A stretch of DNA of 64,000 bases, from assembly GCA_032128115.1 (NCBI GenBank), contig JAQBHB010000002.1, forward strand, positions 1-64,000. Reading direction: 5' to 3'. The notes beneath the pieces were generated by a model. It was not told the DNA's origin. It ran no database searches and saw nothing but the letters and a program-made list of their open reading frames with translations. Below, piece after piece: positions 9,070 to 18,703 of the stretch. Every line of letters begins with the position of its first letter. Position 1 is the stretch's first letter. A program made the translations under genes and the position numbers. Origin of the DNA: Deltaproteobacteria bacterium (lineage in GTDB: Bacteria; Myxococcota_A; UBA9160; SMWR01).

Positions 9070-9949
9070 GAACCAGGTCGCGCAGCGGCCGCATGCCCAG
9101 GCGGCGGATCCCGCGCGATGCCAGGGCGCGGCGACCGGCGTCACCGCCGTAGAAGCTGCGTTCGAAGTCCCGTGCGTGCGCATCGCTGGCGATGGCCGAC
9201 AACTCGTCTCCCGCCCGGGCCGGGTGACAGATCAGGTAGTTGATCCCCGGCCCCAGACGATCGAGCCGTGCCTCGTTGTGGGGTATGCCCTGGCCCGGCG
9301 CAAAGCCCAGCGAATCGTCACAGAAGCCGTCGAGAATCGGAATCCCCTCGGCCTCGAGCGTGACGCAAAGCTTCTCGAACACCGCCTCGGCCCCGCCGAG
9401 CCCGCGCCGCGCAAGGGTCTCGCGGTCCGGGCGCACGGCGAAGACCGGCAGCCGGAACTCGCTCGCCAGCTTCGCGTACACCTCCACCAGGGAGGGCACC
9501 AGCACCGTGCCCATGTGGGAGTCCAGGTGGGTGACGTCGATCCCGGCCTCGAGAGCGCGCTCCACCTGGGCGCGCAGCTCGAGCTCCACCTCTTCGGGGC
9601 GCGCCCGGCCCACGGTGTCCATCAGGGTAGCTGGCAGACAGCCCTGGGAGTCCACCAGGGAGGGCACGGCGGAGGCGCCCACGACGGGACCCCAGCGGTA
9701 GCCGGGCCACTCGGAGTTGAGGGTCAGGTGAACGCCCAGATCGAGATCGGAATCCGCTCGGGCGCGCTGCGCCGCCTCGCGAAACCACGGGCACGGCACC
9801 ATGATGCTCCCGCTGGTGGCGGGGCCGTTGGCGAGGGCCTCGAAGGCGCCATCGTTTGCCGCATGGCACATGCCGATGTCGTCGCAGTGCACCACAGCCA
9901 CGCGTTCGTCGTCGCAGAAGCCGAGTCGTTTCCCCAGTGTCGGAGCCAT
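9056..9949 (-). CDS. ChbG/YdjC-family carbohydrate deacetylase
   Basis: HCDDIGM, GVHLTL, HLDSHMG, ICHP motifs; start MAPTLG. Confidence 0.88.
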   Translation of the reverse strand: MAPTLGKRLGFCDDERVAVVHCDDIGMCHAANDGAFEALANGPATSGSIMVPCPWFREAAQRARADSDLDLGVHLTLNSEWPGYRWGPVVGASAVPSLVDSQGCLPATLMDTVGRARPEEVELELRAQVERALEAGIDVTHLDSHMGTVLVPSLVEVYAKLASEFRLPVFAVRPDRETLARRGLGGAEAVFEKLCVTLEAEGIPILDGFCDDSLGFAPGQGIPHNEARLDRLGPGINYLICHPARAGDELSAIASDAHARDFERSFYGGDAGRRALASRGIRRLGMRPLRDLVREPV

Positions 9950-10024
9950 GTTTCGAAAACCTCCCGTGCCCGGTGTGCGGCCGGATTCTAACGCCTCGAC
10001 GGAGGCGTGATACCCTGCGGCGCC

Positions 10025-10783
10025 GTGTCGATCATCGACTTCGAACGAGCGGCCCGTGCCGCCCACGCCGCCGCCGACGCCGCCCGGCGCGAGATCCTGC
10101 CGCGCTTCCGGGCGGTGTCTGTCGAGACCAAGAGCGATGGCTCGCCGGTGACCGAAGCCGACCGGGCGGCCGAGCGGGCCATTCGCGCGGCCCTGCGCGA
10201 GGCCTTTCCCGACTACGCCATCCACGGCGAGGAATACGGAGCCGAGGGCGGTAGCGATGGACCGTGCTGGCTGGTGGACCCCATCGACGGAACCCTCGGC
10301 TTTGCGCGGGGCATTCCGCTCTTCACGACGCTGATCGCCCTGCTCGTCGATGGAGTGCCCCAGCTCGGGTTGATCGACTGCCCCAGCGTGGACGAACGCT
10401 TCGTGGGCTGGACCGGCGGCGGCTGCCGACGCAACGGGACGCCGGTTCGGGTGTCGACGGAAACCGATCTCTCGCGGGCGGTGATCTCCCACGGCGACCC
10501 GTTCTGCTTCGACCTGTTCCAGCAGCGGCCGGCCTTCGAACGCATGGCCCGGGAGATCCCCCTGCTGCGCGGCTACTCCGACGCCTTCGGACACGCCCAG
10601 GTCCTGAGCGGCGGTGTCGGCGCCATGCTGGATCTCCACCTGAATCCCTGGGATGCCGCGCCCACCCAGGTGCTGGTACCCGAGGCGGGCGGCGCGTGTG
10701 TAACGCTTTCACACGGCGGCAAGCTGGGGCTCGTGTTCGGAAGCCCCGCCCTCGTCGAGCAGCTGCAGGAGTTCCTGGATTAG
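10025..10783 (+). CDS. hisN: Histidinol-phosphatase HisN-like (IMPase family)
   Basis: KSDGSPVTEADRAAE, GEEYG, DPIDGT..FARGIP, PWD motif. Confidence 0.75.
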   Translation: MSIIDFERAARAAHAAADAARREILPRFRAVSVETKSDGSPVTEADRAAERAIRAALREAFPDYAIHGEEYGAEGGSDGPCWLVDPIDGTLGFARGIPLFTTLIALLVDGVPQLGLIDCPSVDERFVGWTGGGCRRNGTPVRVSTETDLSRAVISHGDPFCFDLFQQRPAFERMAREIPLLRGYSDAFGHAQVLSGGVGAMLDLHLNPWDAAPTQVLVPEAGGACVTLSHGGKLGLVFGSPALVEQLQEFLD

Positions 10784-11214
10784 CGAGCCCTGAGAACCAC
10801 CAGGGTGGCAGTGCGGTGGGCGCCGTGAAGGTGGCAATAGATGCGGTGGAGCACGCCCCCCTCGAGCGGCGGCAGCTCGATGCGCGCTTCCTGACCCGCC
10901 TCGAGCAGCACCTGGATCTCCGTCCCGTCGATGGCGAAGCCGTGGGGTGCCTCGGTGCCGTTGTAGACCGAGAGCACGTAGGGCTTGTCGGCGACCACCG
11001 CGACGGTGGACGGAATGAAGACATTTTTCCCGCCGACCAGGGCGCTCACGATCTGCACGGTGCTTGCGTCGCTTGTGTACCCGACGAGCGGATCCGTGAC
11101 GTCGATGTTGCTCGTGAGCGAGCAGCCACTGGCCAGCGCCAGCATTGACGCGGCGACGGCCCGGCGGACCGCGCGCGGCCGCACCAGAAGAGGAATCTCC
11201 GGAATCACCATCAC
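10780..11214 (-). CDS. Cupredoxin-domain lipoprotein
   Basis: LASGC lipobox; HGFAI and YCHLH..H copper-ligand-like pattern. Confidence 0.7.
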   Translation of the reverse strand: MMVIPEIPLLVRPRAVRRAVAASMLALASGCSLTSNIDVTDPLVGYTSDASTVQIVSALVGGKNVFIPSTVAVVADKPYVLSVYNGTEAPHGFAIDGTEIQVLLEAGQEARIELPPLEGGVLHRIYCHLHGAHRTATLVVLRAR

Positions 11215-11315
11215 GCTGCCTTCCTCCTCGTTTCGCAGAACTCCTGGCAGGAGCCACGCTATCCTATGGCGCCTGCTTTTTCACGACCTCGACCCTCAAT
11301 CCCGAGAGGCTCTTC

Positions 11316-12965
11316 ATGGCCCCCGCAACCCCCCTGGATGACGCCCGGCTGCTGCTCTCCGGAGCGGAACAACTCGTGGAACGCGCCCTGGCCCGCGCGC
11401 GAGAGATCACCCGCAACGGCCGCGACATCGACGATCACCAGATCCTGACCGAGCGGGTGACCTATGCGGCCACCGAGGCCCGGGCGGCCCGCGAGCTGGT
11501 GGACTTCACCGCGGCGCTTTGCGCCGACGGCCGCGGCAGCGAGACTCTCGTGCGCCTGTGCGGCGCCTCGGTGAGCGAACTGGCAGTGCGCCTGCGTGCG
11601 CGGCTGGAAGCGGCCATCGACGACCTGGGCCTGGGGGAAGCCGCACTCGAGCAGGCCTTTCCCGCCGAGGCCCGCGCGGCCATGCGTCGGGCCGGGCACG
11701 AGTCGGTGCTGCGCGGCCTGGGGCAGGAGGTGGCCCGCACCCGCGGCCGCATCGAGGTGCCCCTGGACGAAATGCTCGAGCAGGTGCGCGAGGCCGTGCG
11801 CGAATTTGCCGAGCGCGAGGTGGCGCCCCACGCCGAGCGCATCCACCGCAACGACGATCTGGTGCCCGAGGAGTTCATCCGGAAGATGTCCGAGCTGGGT
11901 TATTTCGGGCTCTCGGTTCCCGAGGAATATGGCGGCGCCGAGATGGGCAACCTGGCCATGATCCTCACCACCGAGGAACTCTCGCGGGCGTCGCTGGCGG
12001 CGGCGGGCTCGCTGATCACGCGCCCCGAAATCCTCACCAAGGCCCTGCTCCAGGGCGGCAGCGAGGAGCAGAAGCGCGCGTGGCTGCCCCGGATCGCGGC
12101 CGGCGAGGTGATGGTGGGCATCTCCGTGACCGAGCCGGACGTGGGCAGCGACGTGGCGTCGCTGAAGTGTCGAGCCGAACGCGGAAACGTGGACGGCGAG
12201 GAGGGCTGGATCGTCAACGGCCCCAAGTCCTGGTGCACCTTCGCCGGCCGCGCCGATGTGCTTGCGCTGCTGGCCCGCACCGATCCGGACGCTTCGCTCG
12301 CGGCCAGGGGGTTGTCTCTGCTGATCGTGCCCAAGGATCGCTTCGACGGGCACGCCTTCGAGATGAAGCAGCCGGGCGGTGGCAAGCTGTCGGGCAAGGC
12401 CGACGCCACCCCGGGCTACCGGGGCATGCATTCGTTCACCCTGAACTTCGAGAACTATTTCGTGCCCGCCGAGAACCTGGTGGGGGGCGATGCCGGCCTG
12501 GGACGCGGCTTCTATCTCCAGATGGCGGGCTTCGCGGCCGGACGTCTCCAGACCGGCGGGCGCGCCTGCGGCCTGGCCCAGGCGGCCCTGGAGAAGACGG
12601 CAGAGTACGTGGTGGACCGGGTGCAGTTTGCGAAGCCCATCTCCGACTTCCAGCTCACCCAGTACACCCTGGGCCGGATGGCGGCACAGCTCGCCGCCGC
12701 TCGCGCTCTCACCTACGCCGCCGCAACGGCCATGGACGAGGACGAGCGGAAGGCCGCGCCCCTTGCGGCCCAGGCGAAGCTCCTGGCCTGCGACGTGGCG
12801 GTCGAGGTGAGCCAACAGGGACAGTTGCTGCACGGAGGCTGGGGCTACGCCGAGGAATATCCCATCAGCCGCTACGTGGTCGATGCCCAGGTGCTGCCCA
12901 TCTTCGAGGGCGTGAAGCCGATCCTGGAACTGAAGGTGATCGGTCGGGCGCTCCTGAACGAGTAG
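11316..12965 (+). CDS. Acyl-CoA dehydrogenase with N-terminal extension
   Basis: VTEPDVGSD, NGPKSWCT, QLLHGGWGYAEEY, IFEG motifs. Confidence 0.93.
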   Translation: MAPATPLDDARLLLSGAEQLVERALARAREITRNGRDIDDHQILTERVTYAATEARAARELVDFTAALCADGRGSETLVRLCGASVSELAVRLRARLEAAIDDLGLGEAALEQAFPAEARAAMRRAGHESVLRGLGQEVARTRGRIEVPLDEMLEQVREAVREFAEREVAPHAERIHRNDDLVPEEFIRKMSELGYFGLSVPEEYGGAEMGNLAMILTTEELSRASLAAAGSLITRPEILTKALLQGGSEEQKRAWLPRIAAGEVMVGISVTEPDVGSDVASLKCRAERGNVDGEEGWIVNGPKSWCTFAGRADVLALLARTDPDASLAARGLSLLIVPKDRFDGHAFEMKQPGGGKLSGKADATPGYRGMHSFTLNFENYFVPAENLVGGDAGLGRGFYLQMAGFAAGRLQTGGRACGLAQAALEKTAEYVVDRVQFAKPISDFQLTQYTLGRMAAQLAAARALTYAAATAMDEDERKAAPLAAQAKLLACDVAVEVSQQGQLLHGGWGYAEEYPISRYVVDAQVLPIFEGVKPILELKVIGRALLNE

Positions 12966-12977
12966 GCGGAATCGGGC

Positions 12978-13361
12978 TCAGCCCGTCGACTGGGCGCCGC
13001 CGCACTGCGCACACTGGCTCTCCAGCTGACTGTTCCGGGAGTGGCACGCGGGGCAGGTCCAGCCGCGCTGCTCCTTCAGGGCGCGCCAGCTGTAGTAGAT
13101 CGCGGCCACCGCCAGCACCCCGAAGCCGTAGCGGTTGAACTTGAGCCACTCCATGTCCTTGTTGAACCAGCCGTCGTAGCCGAACCAGAGGGCGAAGGCG
13201 ATCAGGAGTACGGGCAGGAAGAAGGGGTGGTCGAACGGGGTCGACTGCTGCTCATCATCCTCCCACTCTTCCTCTTCTTCTGCTTCTGCTTCTGCTTCGA
13301 GTTCTTTTTCGGGATCGGCCGGCCCCGGACCCGGCGGCGACTCGGTCTTCTCGTCGGCCAT
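12978..13361 (-). CDS. Small membrane protein with acidic N-terminus and C-terminal RanBP2-type zinc finger
   Basis: Glu-rich N-terminus, two TM-like segments, W-x-C-x2-C-x3-N-x6-C-x2-C. Confidence 0.75.
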   Translation of the reverse strand: MADEKTESPPGPGPADPEKELEAEAEAEEEEEWEDDEQQSTPFDHPFFLPVLLIAFALWFGYDGWFNKDMEWLKFNRYGFGVLAVAAIYYSWRALKEQRGWTCPACHSRNSQLESQCAQCGGAQSTG

Positions 13362-13430
13362 GCGGTGACCATAGCCCTGCCACCCGGCCGCGGGCCACCT
13401 GCCGACCCGTCCTGGCGCCGGGCGCGCGGC

Positions 13431-14741
13431 TCAGTCGCCCTCGAACAGCAGGCGCAGCACGTCGATCATGGGCTGCACGTCCGCACTGCCCGCCATCTCG
13501 CGACAGGAATGCATGGAGAGCATGGGGTTGCCCACGTCCACGGTCGGGATGCCCACCCGCGCAGCGGTGATGGGGCCGAGGGTAGAGCCGCAGGCCATGT
13601 CGTTGCGCGACGCAAAATGCTGTGGGCGCGTGCCCTGGCGCTCGCACAGCGTCGTGAAGAGCCCGACCGTGTGAGCGTCGCTGGCGTAGGACAGGTTGGC
13701 GTTGTGCTTGATCACCGGGCCTCGTCCCAACACGGGCTGGTGTCCAGGTTCGTGCTTCTCGGCGTAGTTCGGATGCACGGCGTGGGCCATGTCCGCCGAC
13801 ACCAGCAGCGAGCTCGCCAGGGCCCGCGCCAGCCCCTGGGGCTCGCCGCCCTTGAAGCCGGACACCAGCCGCGCAAGCGCGTCGGTCAGGAGCGTCCCTG
13901 CGGCCCCCTGGGCACTGCGGCTGCCCACCTCCTCGTGGTCGAACAGAACCACCACCCGCGTGAAGGCGGGCTCGGGCCCGGGCCCGGGCGAGGCCGATGC
14001 CAGCGCCGTGAGGGCGGCGTGGCACGAGGCCAGATTGTCCAATCGCGAGGCGTGGATGAACTCGCCCCGCAGGCCCGACACCGCCGCCGGTTGGGTGTCG
14101 TAGGCCATGAGATCGAAGGCCAGCACCGCCGCCGGCGAAACGTCGGCGATCGACTGGGCGCGCAGCTCCCCGGCCAGAAGCTCGCGCAGCGGCGGCGCGT
14201 CTTCGAGGCCGGCCACTGGCACCGCGTGCGTCTGGGGATTGAGCTTGAGTCCCTCACTCCGCAGCTCGCGTTGCAGGTGGATGGCCAGGTTGGGGACGCG
14301 CAGCAGCGGGCGCCCGAAGTCGATCAGCAGCGGGCGCAGCGCCCCGGACTCGCGCAGGGTCACGCGCCCGGCGAGAGAGAGGTCGCGGTCGAACCACGTG
14401 TGGAGCAGCAGACCCCCGTAGGGCTCCACGGCCAGCTGGCGATAGCCATGGGCCGTGACGTCCGCCAGCGGCTTGACCCGCAGGTTCGGAGAATCGGTGT
14501 GGGCTCCCACCACCCGGAAGCCGCCGTCCACCGGCGACACGGCCCCCACCTGGAAGGCCACCAGACTGCCCCCGCCCCGCACCACGTAGCGGCGCTCGCC
14601 GGGCGAGAGGTCCCACGTCTCGGACTCGGCCGCTTCCTGGTAGCCGACGTCGCGCAGTCGCCGCACGGCCTCGGCCACCGCGTGGTAGGGCGTGGGCGAA
14701 CGATCGATGAAGCGCAGCAGATCCGCCACTGCGTCGGACAT
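13431..14741 (-). CDS. M18 family aspartyl aminopeptidase
   Basis: SPTPYHAV, GAHTDSP, RLDNLASC, DHEEVGS, SADMAHAVHPNY, MHSCRE. Confidence 0.95.
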   Translation of the reverse strand: MSDAVADLLRFIDRSPTPYHAVAEAVRRLRDVGYQEAAESETWDLSPGERRYVVRGGGSLVAFQVGAVSPVDGGFRVVGAHTDSPNLRVKPLADVTAHGYRQLAVEPYGGLLLHTWFDRDLSLAGRVTLRESGALRPLLIDFGRPLLRVPNLAIHLQRELRSEGLKLNPQTHAVPVAGLEDAPPLRELLAGELRAQSIADVSPAAVLAFDLMAYDTQPAAVSGLRGEFIHASRLDNLASCHAALTALASASPGPGPEPAFTRVVVLFDHEEVGSRSAQGAAGTLLTDALARLVSGFKGGEPQGLARALASSLLVSADMAHAVHPNYAEKHEPGHQPVLGRGPVIKHNANLSYASDAHTVGLFTTLCERQGTRPQHFASRNDMACGSTLGPITAARVGIPTVDVGNPMLSMHSCREMAGSADVQPMIDVLRLLFEGD

Positions 14742-14766
14742 GGCGAGCAGCATACCGCAGCCCGGG

Positions 14767-16233
<1,467 letters not shown>

Positions 16234-16295
16234 GCCCCGCCCCCCCGGCGTCGGATTGTCGAGAGATTGCGACCGCCGTCAAGGGCGGCGCCCGG

Positions 16296-16368
16296 CCCGT
16301 ACTATCCTGACCCCCGTACTACCCTGACCTGACCCCCGTACTACCCTGACCCCCGTACTATCCTGACC
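16296..16368. repeat. Tandem repeat, 4 x 17 bp CCCGTACTAYCCTGACC
   Basis: Units at 16296, 16313, 16335 and 16352, with a 5-bp TGACC insert at 16330-16334. Confidence 0.92.
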
Positions 16369-16372
16369 CGCC

Positions 16373-18298
16373 GTGGGGCAAGGCAGCGACGGGCGCGTCT
16401 GGTGGGGGATCGGCCTCTCGCTGGCGCTGGCGTACACAGCACTCGCCGCGGCCTCGCCCCTGGCGGTGGGCATCTGGCAGGACGACGCGATCTACGTGGT
16501 GACCGGCAGGGCGCTGGCCGCTGGCGAGGGCTACCGCCACGAAGAACTCGCGAGCCGTCCGCTCCAGACCAAGTACCCCATTCTGTACCCCGCCGTGCTC
16601 GCGCTCTCGTTCCGCGCATCACCGGATTTCCCCGGGAACCGGGCGCTGTGGATGGCGCCCACGGCCCTGTCCGCTGCTGCGTTGGTGGTGCTGTCGATGC
16701 TCTACTGCCGCGCCGCCTTCCGATTTGGCCGCCGCGAGATCCTTGTCCTGAGCGGATTCGCCGCGGCGGCACCGGCCCTGGTGGCCTTCGTCCGCTACCC
16801 GATGAGCGATCTGGTATACGGCGCGCTGGCGGTCGCAGCGCTCGTGTGTCTCGACGTGCGTCGCGAATCGGCGCCGAGCCGGGCGAGCGCCCTGGGTTGG
16901 ACGGCGCTGGGAGGGTTGCTGGTGGGCCTGGCCGTGCTGACGCGCAGTATCGGCGTCTCGCTGGCATTCGCGGCCGTGGTCCTGCCCCTGGTGCAACGGC
17001 GCCTGGCCCACGCGGGCGTCGCGGCGCTGGCCCTCGCGGTCTGCGCCGGACCCTGGTGGATCTGGCAGGCCTGGGCAGCGGGCCAGAATGGCGACCTGCA
17101 GTCCGGGTTGCTGGAGGGCAGCGACCTCTCCTACGCCCTCTGGATCCCGCCGAACCTCGGCGAGCCGTTGCGCATCGTCGCCCACAACCTGCTGCGAAGC
17201 GCGGTCGGCCTGGCGCACTTCCAGCTGGCCTTTCCCCGCGCTTTCGTGGGCTCGGCACTGGCGGGCGACACCACCGCGTGGATGCACGTGCTGGTGTGGC
17301 CCCTGGTGCTGGCGCTGCTCGTCGGCTTCGCGCGCAGCCTACGCCACGGCGTTCGCACCCTGCACGTGTACGCAATCGCCTACGCCGGCATGGTCCTGGT
17401 GTGGCCCTTCGAGCCGTACCGATTCCTGTTGCCCTGGACCCCGTTTCTCCTGGCGTTCCTGGGATGGGGCCTGCTTCTGCCGGGTCGCGGCCGCCTTCTC
17501 GCCGTCGCGGCGGCCGCGACACTCGCCGTGCTGTTTGCGGTGGAGGACGGGCGTCTGCTCGCGTCGAGCGACGAGCGCTACTACCTGCGCGAGCGCTTGC
17601 CCGGCGTGGATCTCGTCGAGGTCGAAGCGCTCGAGCGCTGGATCGGCGCCAATACACCCGAATCCGCCGTGATCGCCTCGGCGTGGCCGGCCCGCTTCTA
17701 CCTCACCACGGGTCGCCGCGGCGTGGTGACCTGGCCCGACCGCGACCCCTACACGCGCTACTACGGTCGGGACCGGAGCACCTGGACCTTCACCGCCGTC
17801 CCGGCGCGATCCGAGACGATTGCCATGGCGCGCGACATGCGAGCCCACTGGCGCGACGCCTGGCAGGGCGCGGGCGTCAGCCACTACGTGGAGTCGCGCG
17901 ACATGCGCGACGCCCTGGTGTTTGCAGCGAGCGTGCGCGGCCCCTCGAAGGCATTCGAGGAGATGTATGAGACACCCGGAGAAGGCTTCCGCGTCTACCG
18001 GATCGATTGGGACGTACAGGACAGTGAAGGCGTTTCAGGCGCCGGCGTGCCGCGTGAGTCCGCGCAGGAACAGGTCGATGGCGTCGTCGAAGACACGATC
18101 CAGCCGGCGACGCCGCAGGCGCCGGCGCTGAGCGGATCGCTCGGTCTGGATGATCCCGTTGGCCAGGGTCCACAGGATGTTGGCAGTCTCCCAGGGGTCG
18201 TAATCGAGAAACACGCCTTCACGGACGCCCTCTTCGATGATCTGGGCCAGCATCCGCAGGTTGCGCTCCCACAGGCAGGTCACCTGTTCCACCAGTGA
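16373..18298 (+). CDS. Polytopic membrane protein, GT-C/PMT-like glycosyltransferase (true 3' end may be ~18027)
   Basis: DDAIY acidic pair after TM1, KYPILYP, about 11 TM segments, soluble C-terminal domain; as read, overlaps the convergent TetR gene by 264 nt. Confidence 0.7.
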   Translation: MGQGSDGRVWWGIGLSLALAYTALAAASPLAVGIWQDDAIYVVTGRALAAGEGYRHEELASRPLQTKYPILYPAVLALSFRASPDFPGNRALWMAPTALSAAALVVLSMLYCRAAFRFGRREILVLSGFAAAAPALVAFVRYPMSDLVYGALAVAALVCLDVRRESAPSRASALGWTALGGLLVGLAVLTRSIGVSLAFAAVVLPLVQRRLAHAGVAALALAVCAGPWWIWQAWAAGQNGDLQSGLLEGSDLSYALWIPPNLGEPLRIVAHNLLRSAVGLAHFQLAFPRAFVGSALAGDTTAWMHVLVWPLVLALLVGFARSLRHGVRTLHVYAIAYAGMVLVWPFEPYRFLLPWTPFLLAFLGWGLLLPGRGRLLAVAAAATLAVLFAVEDGRLLASSDERYYLRERLPGVDLVEVEALERWIGANTPESAVIASAWPARFYLTTGRRGVVTWPDRDPYTRYYGRDRSTWTFTAVPARSETIAMARDMRAHWRDAWQGAGVSHYVESRDMRDALVFAASVRGPSKAFEEMYETPGEGFRVYRIDWDVQDSEGVSGAGVPRESAQEQVDGVVEDTIQPATPQAPALSGSLGLDDPVGQGPQDVGSLPGVVIEKHAFTDALFDDLGQHPQVALPQAGHLFHQ

Positions 18299-18703
18299 CG
18301 CGGGGATCTCGCCGATCACCGACTGGTTCTCGATGGCCCAGAAGATCTGGAAGTAGTCCGGGTTCTCGATGTAATGGCGAAAGTAGAAACGACTCGCCCG
18401 GCGGAGCTTCTCCACGGGCGAGAGCCCCGGACCCAGGGCGCCCTTGAATTTCTCGTCGAAGATCTCGCCATTGTGGCTGAGGATGGCCACGTAGAGTTCG
18501 GCCTTGCTGTCGAAATAGCGGTAGAGGGTGCCCTTGGCGACGCCGGCCTTGTCGGCCACCTCGTCCAGATTGGCATTCATGAAGCCGTCGCGGAAGAAGA
18601 CCTCCTTGGCGGCTTCCAGGATGCGGCGGTGCGACTCGGCCTTCTTCTGCACCCGGCGCTGGCCGCCCGTGGGCAGGGGCGAGCCGGTTCTAACCTGTAC
18701 CAC
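18035..18703 (-). CDS. TetR/AcrR family transcriptional regulator
   Basis: ILEAAKEVF...LDEVADKAGVAKGTLYRYFDSKAEL helix-turn-helix. Confidence 0.95.
   Translation of the reverse strand: MVQVRTGSPLPTGGQRRVQKKAESHRRILEAAKEVFFRDGFMNANLDEVADKAGVAKGTLYRYFDSKAELYVAILSHNGEIFDEKFKGALGPGLSPVEKLRRASRFYFRHYIENPDYFQIFWAIENQSVIGEIPASLVEQVTCLWERNLRMLAQIIEEGVREGVFLDYDPWETANILWTLANGIIQTERSAQRRRLRRRRLDRVFDDAIDLFLRGLTRHAGA

Noticed and set aside
13255..13300. (TCTGCT)n / (TCT)n microsatellite
   Set aside because: Simply encodes the EAEAEAEEEEE acidic tract of the small membrane protein.
16296..16368. Possible CRISPR array
   Set aside because: Units are directly adjacent with no unique spacers, only 17 bp long, and no cas genes are present. 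The same applies to 35929-35982.
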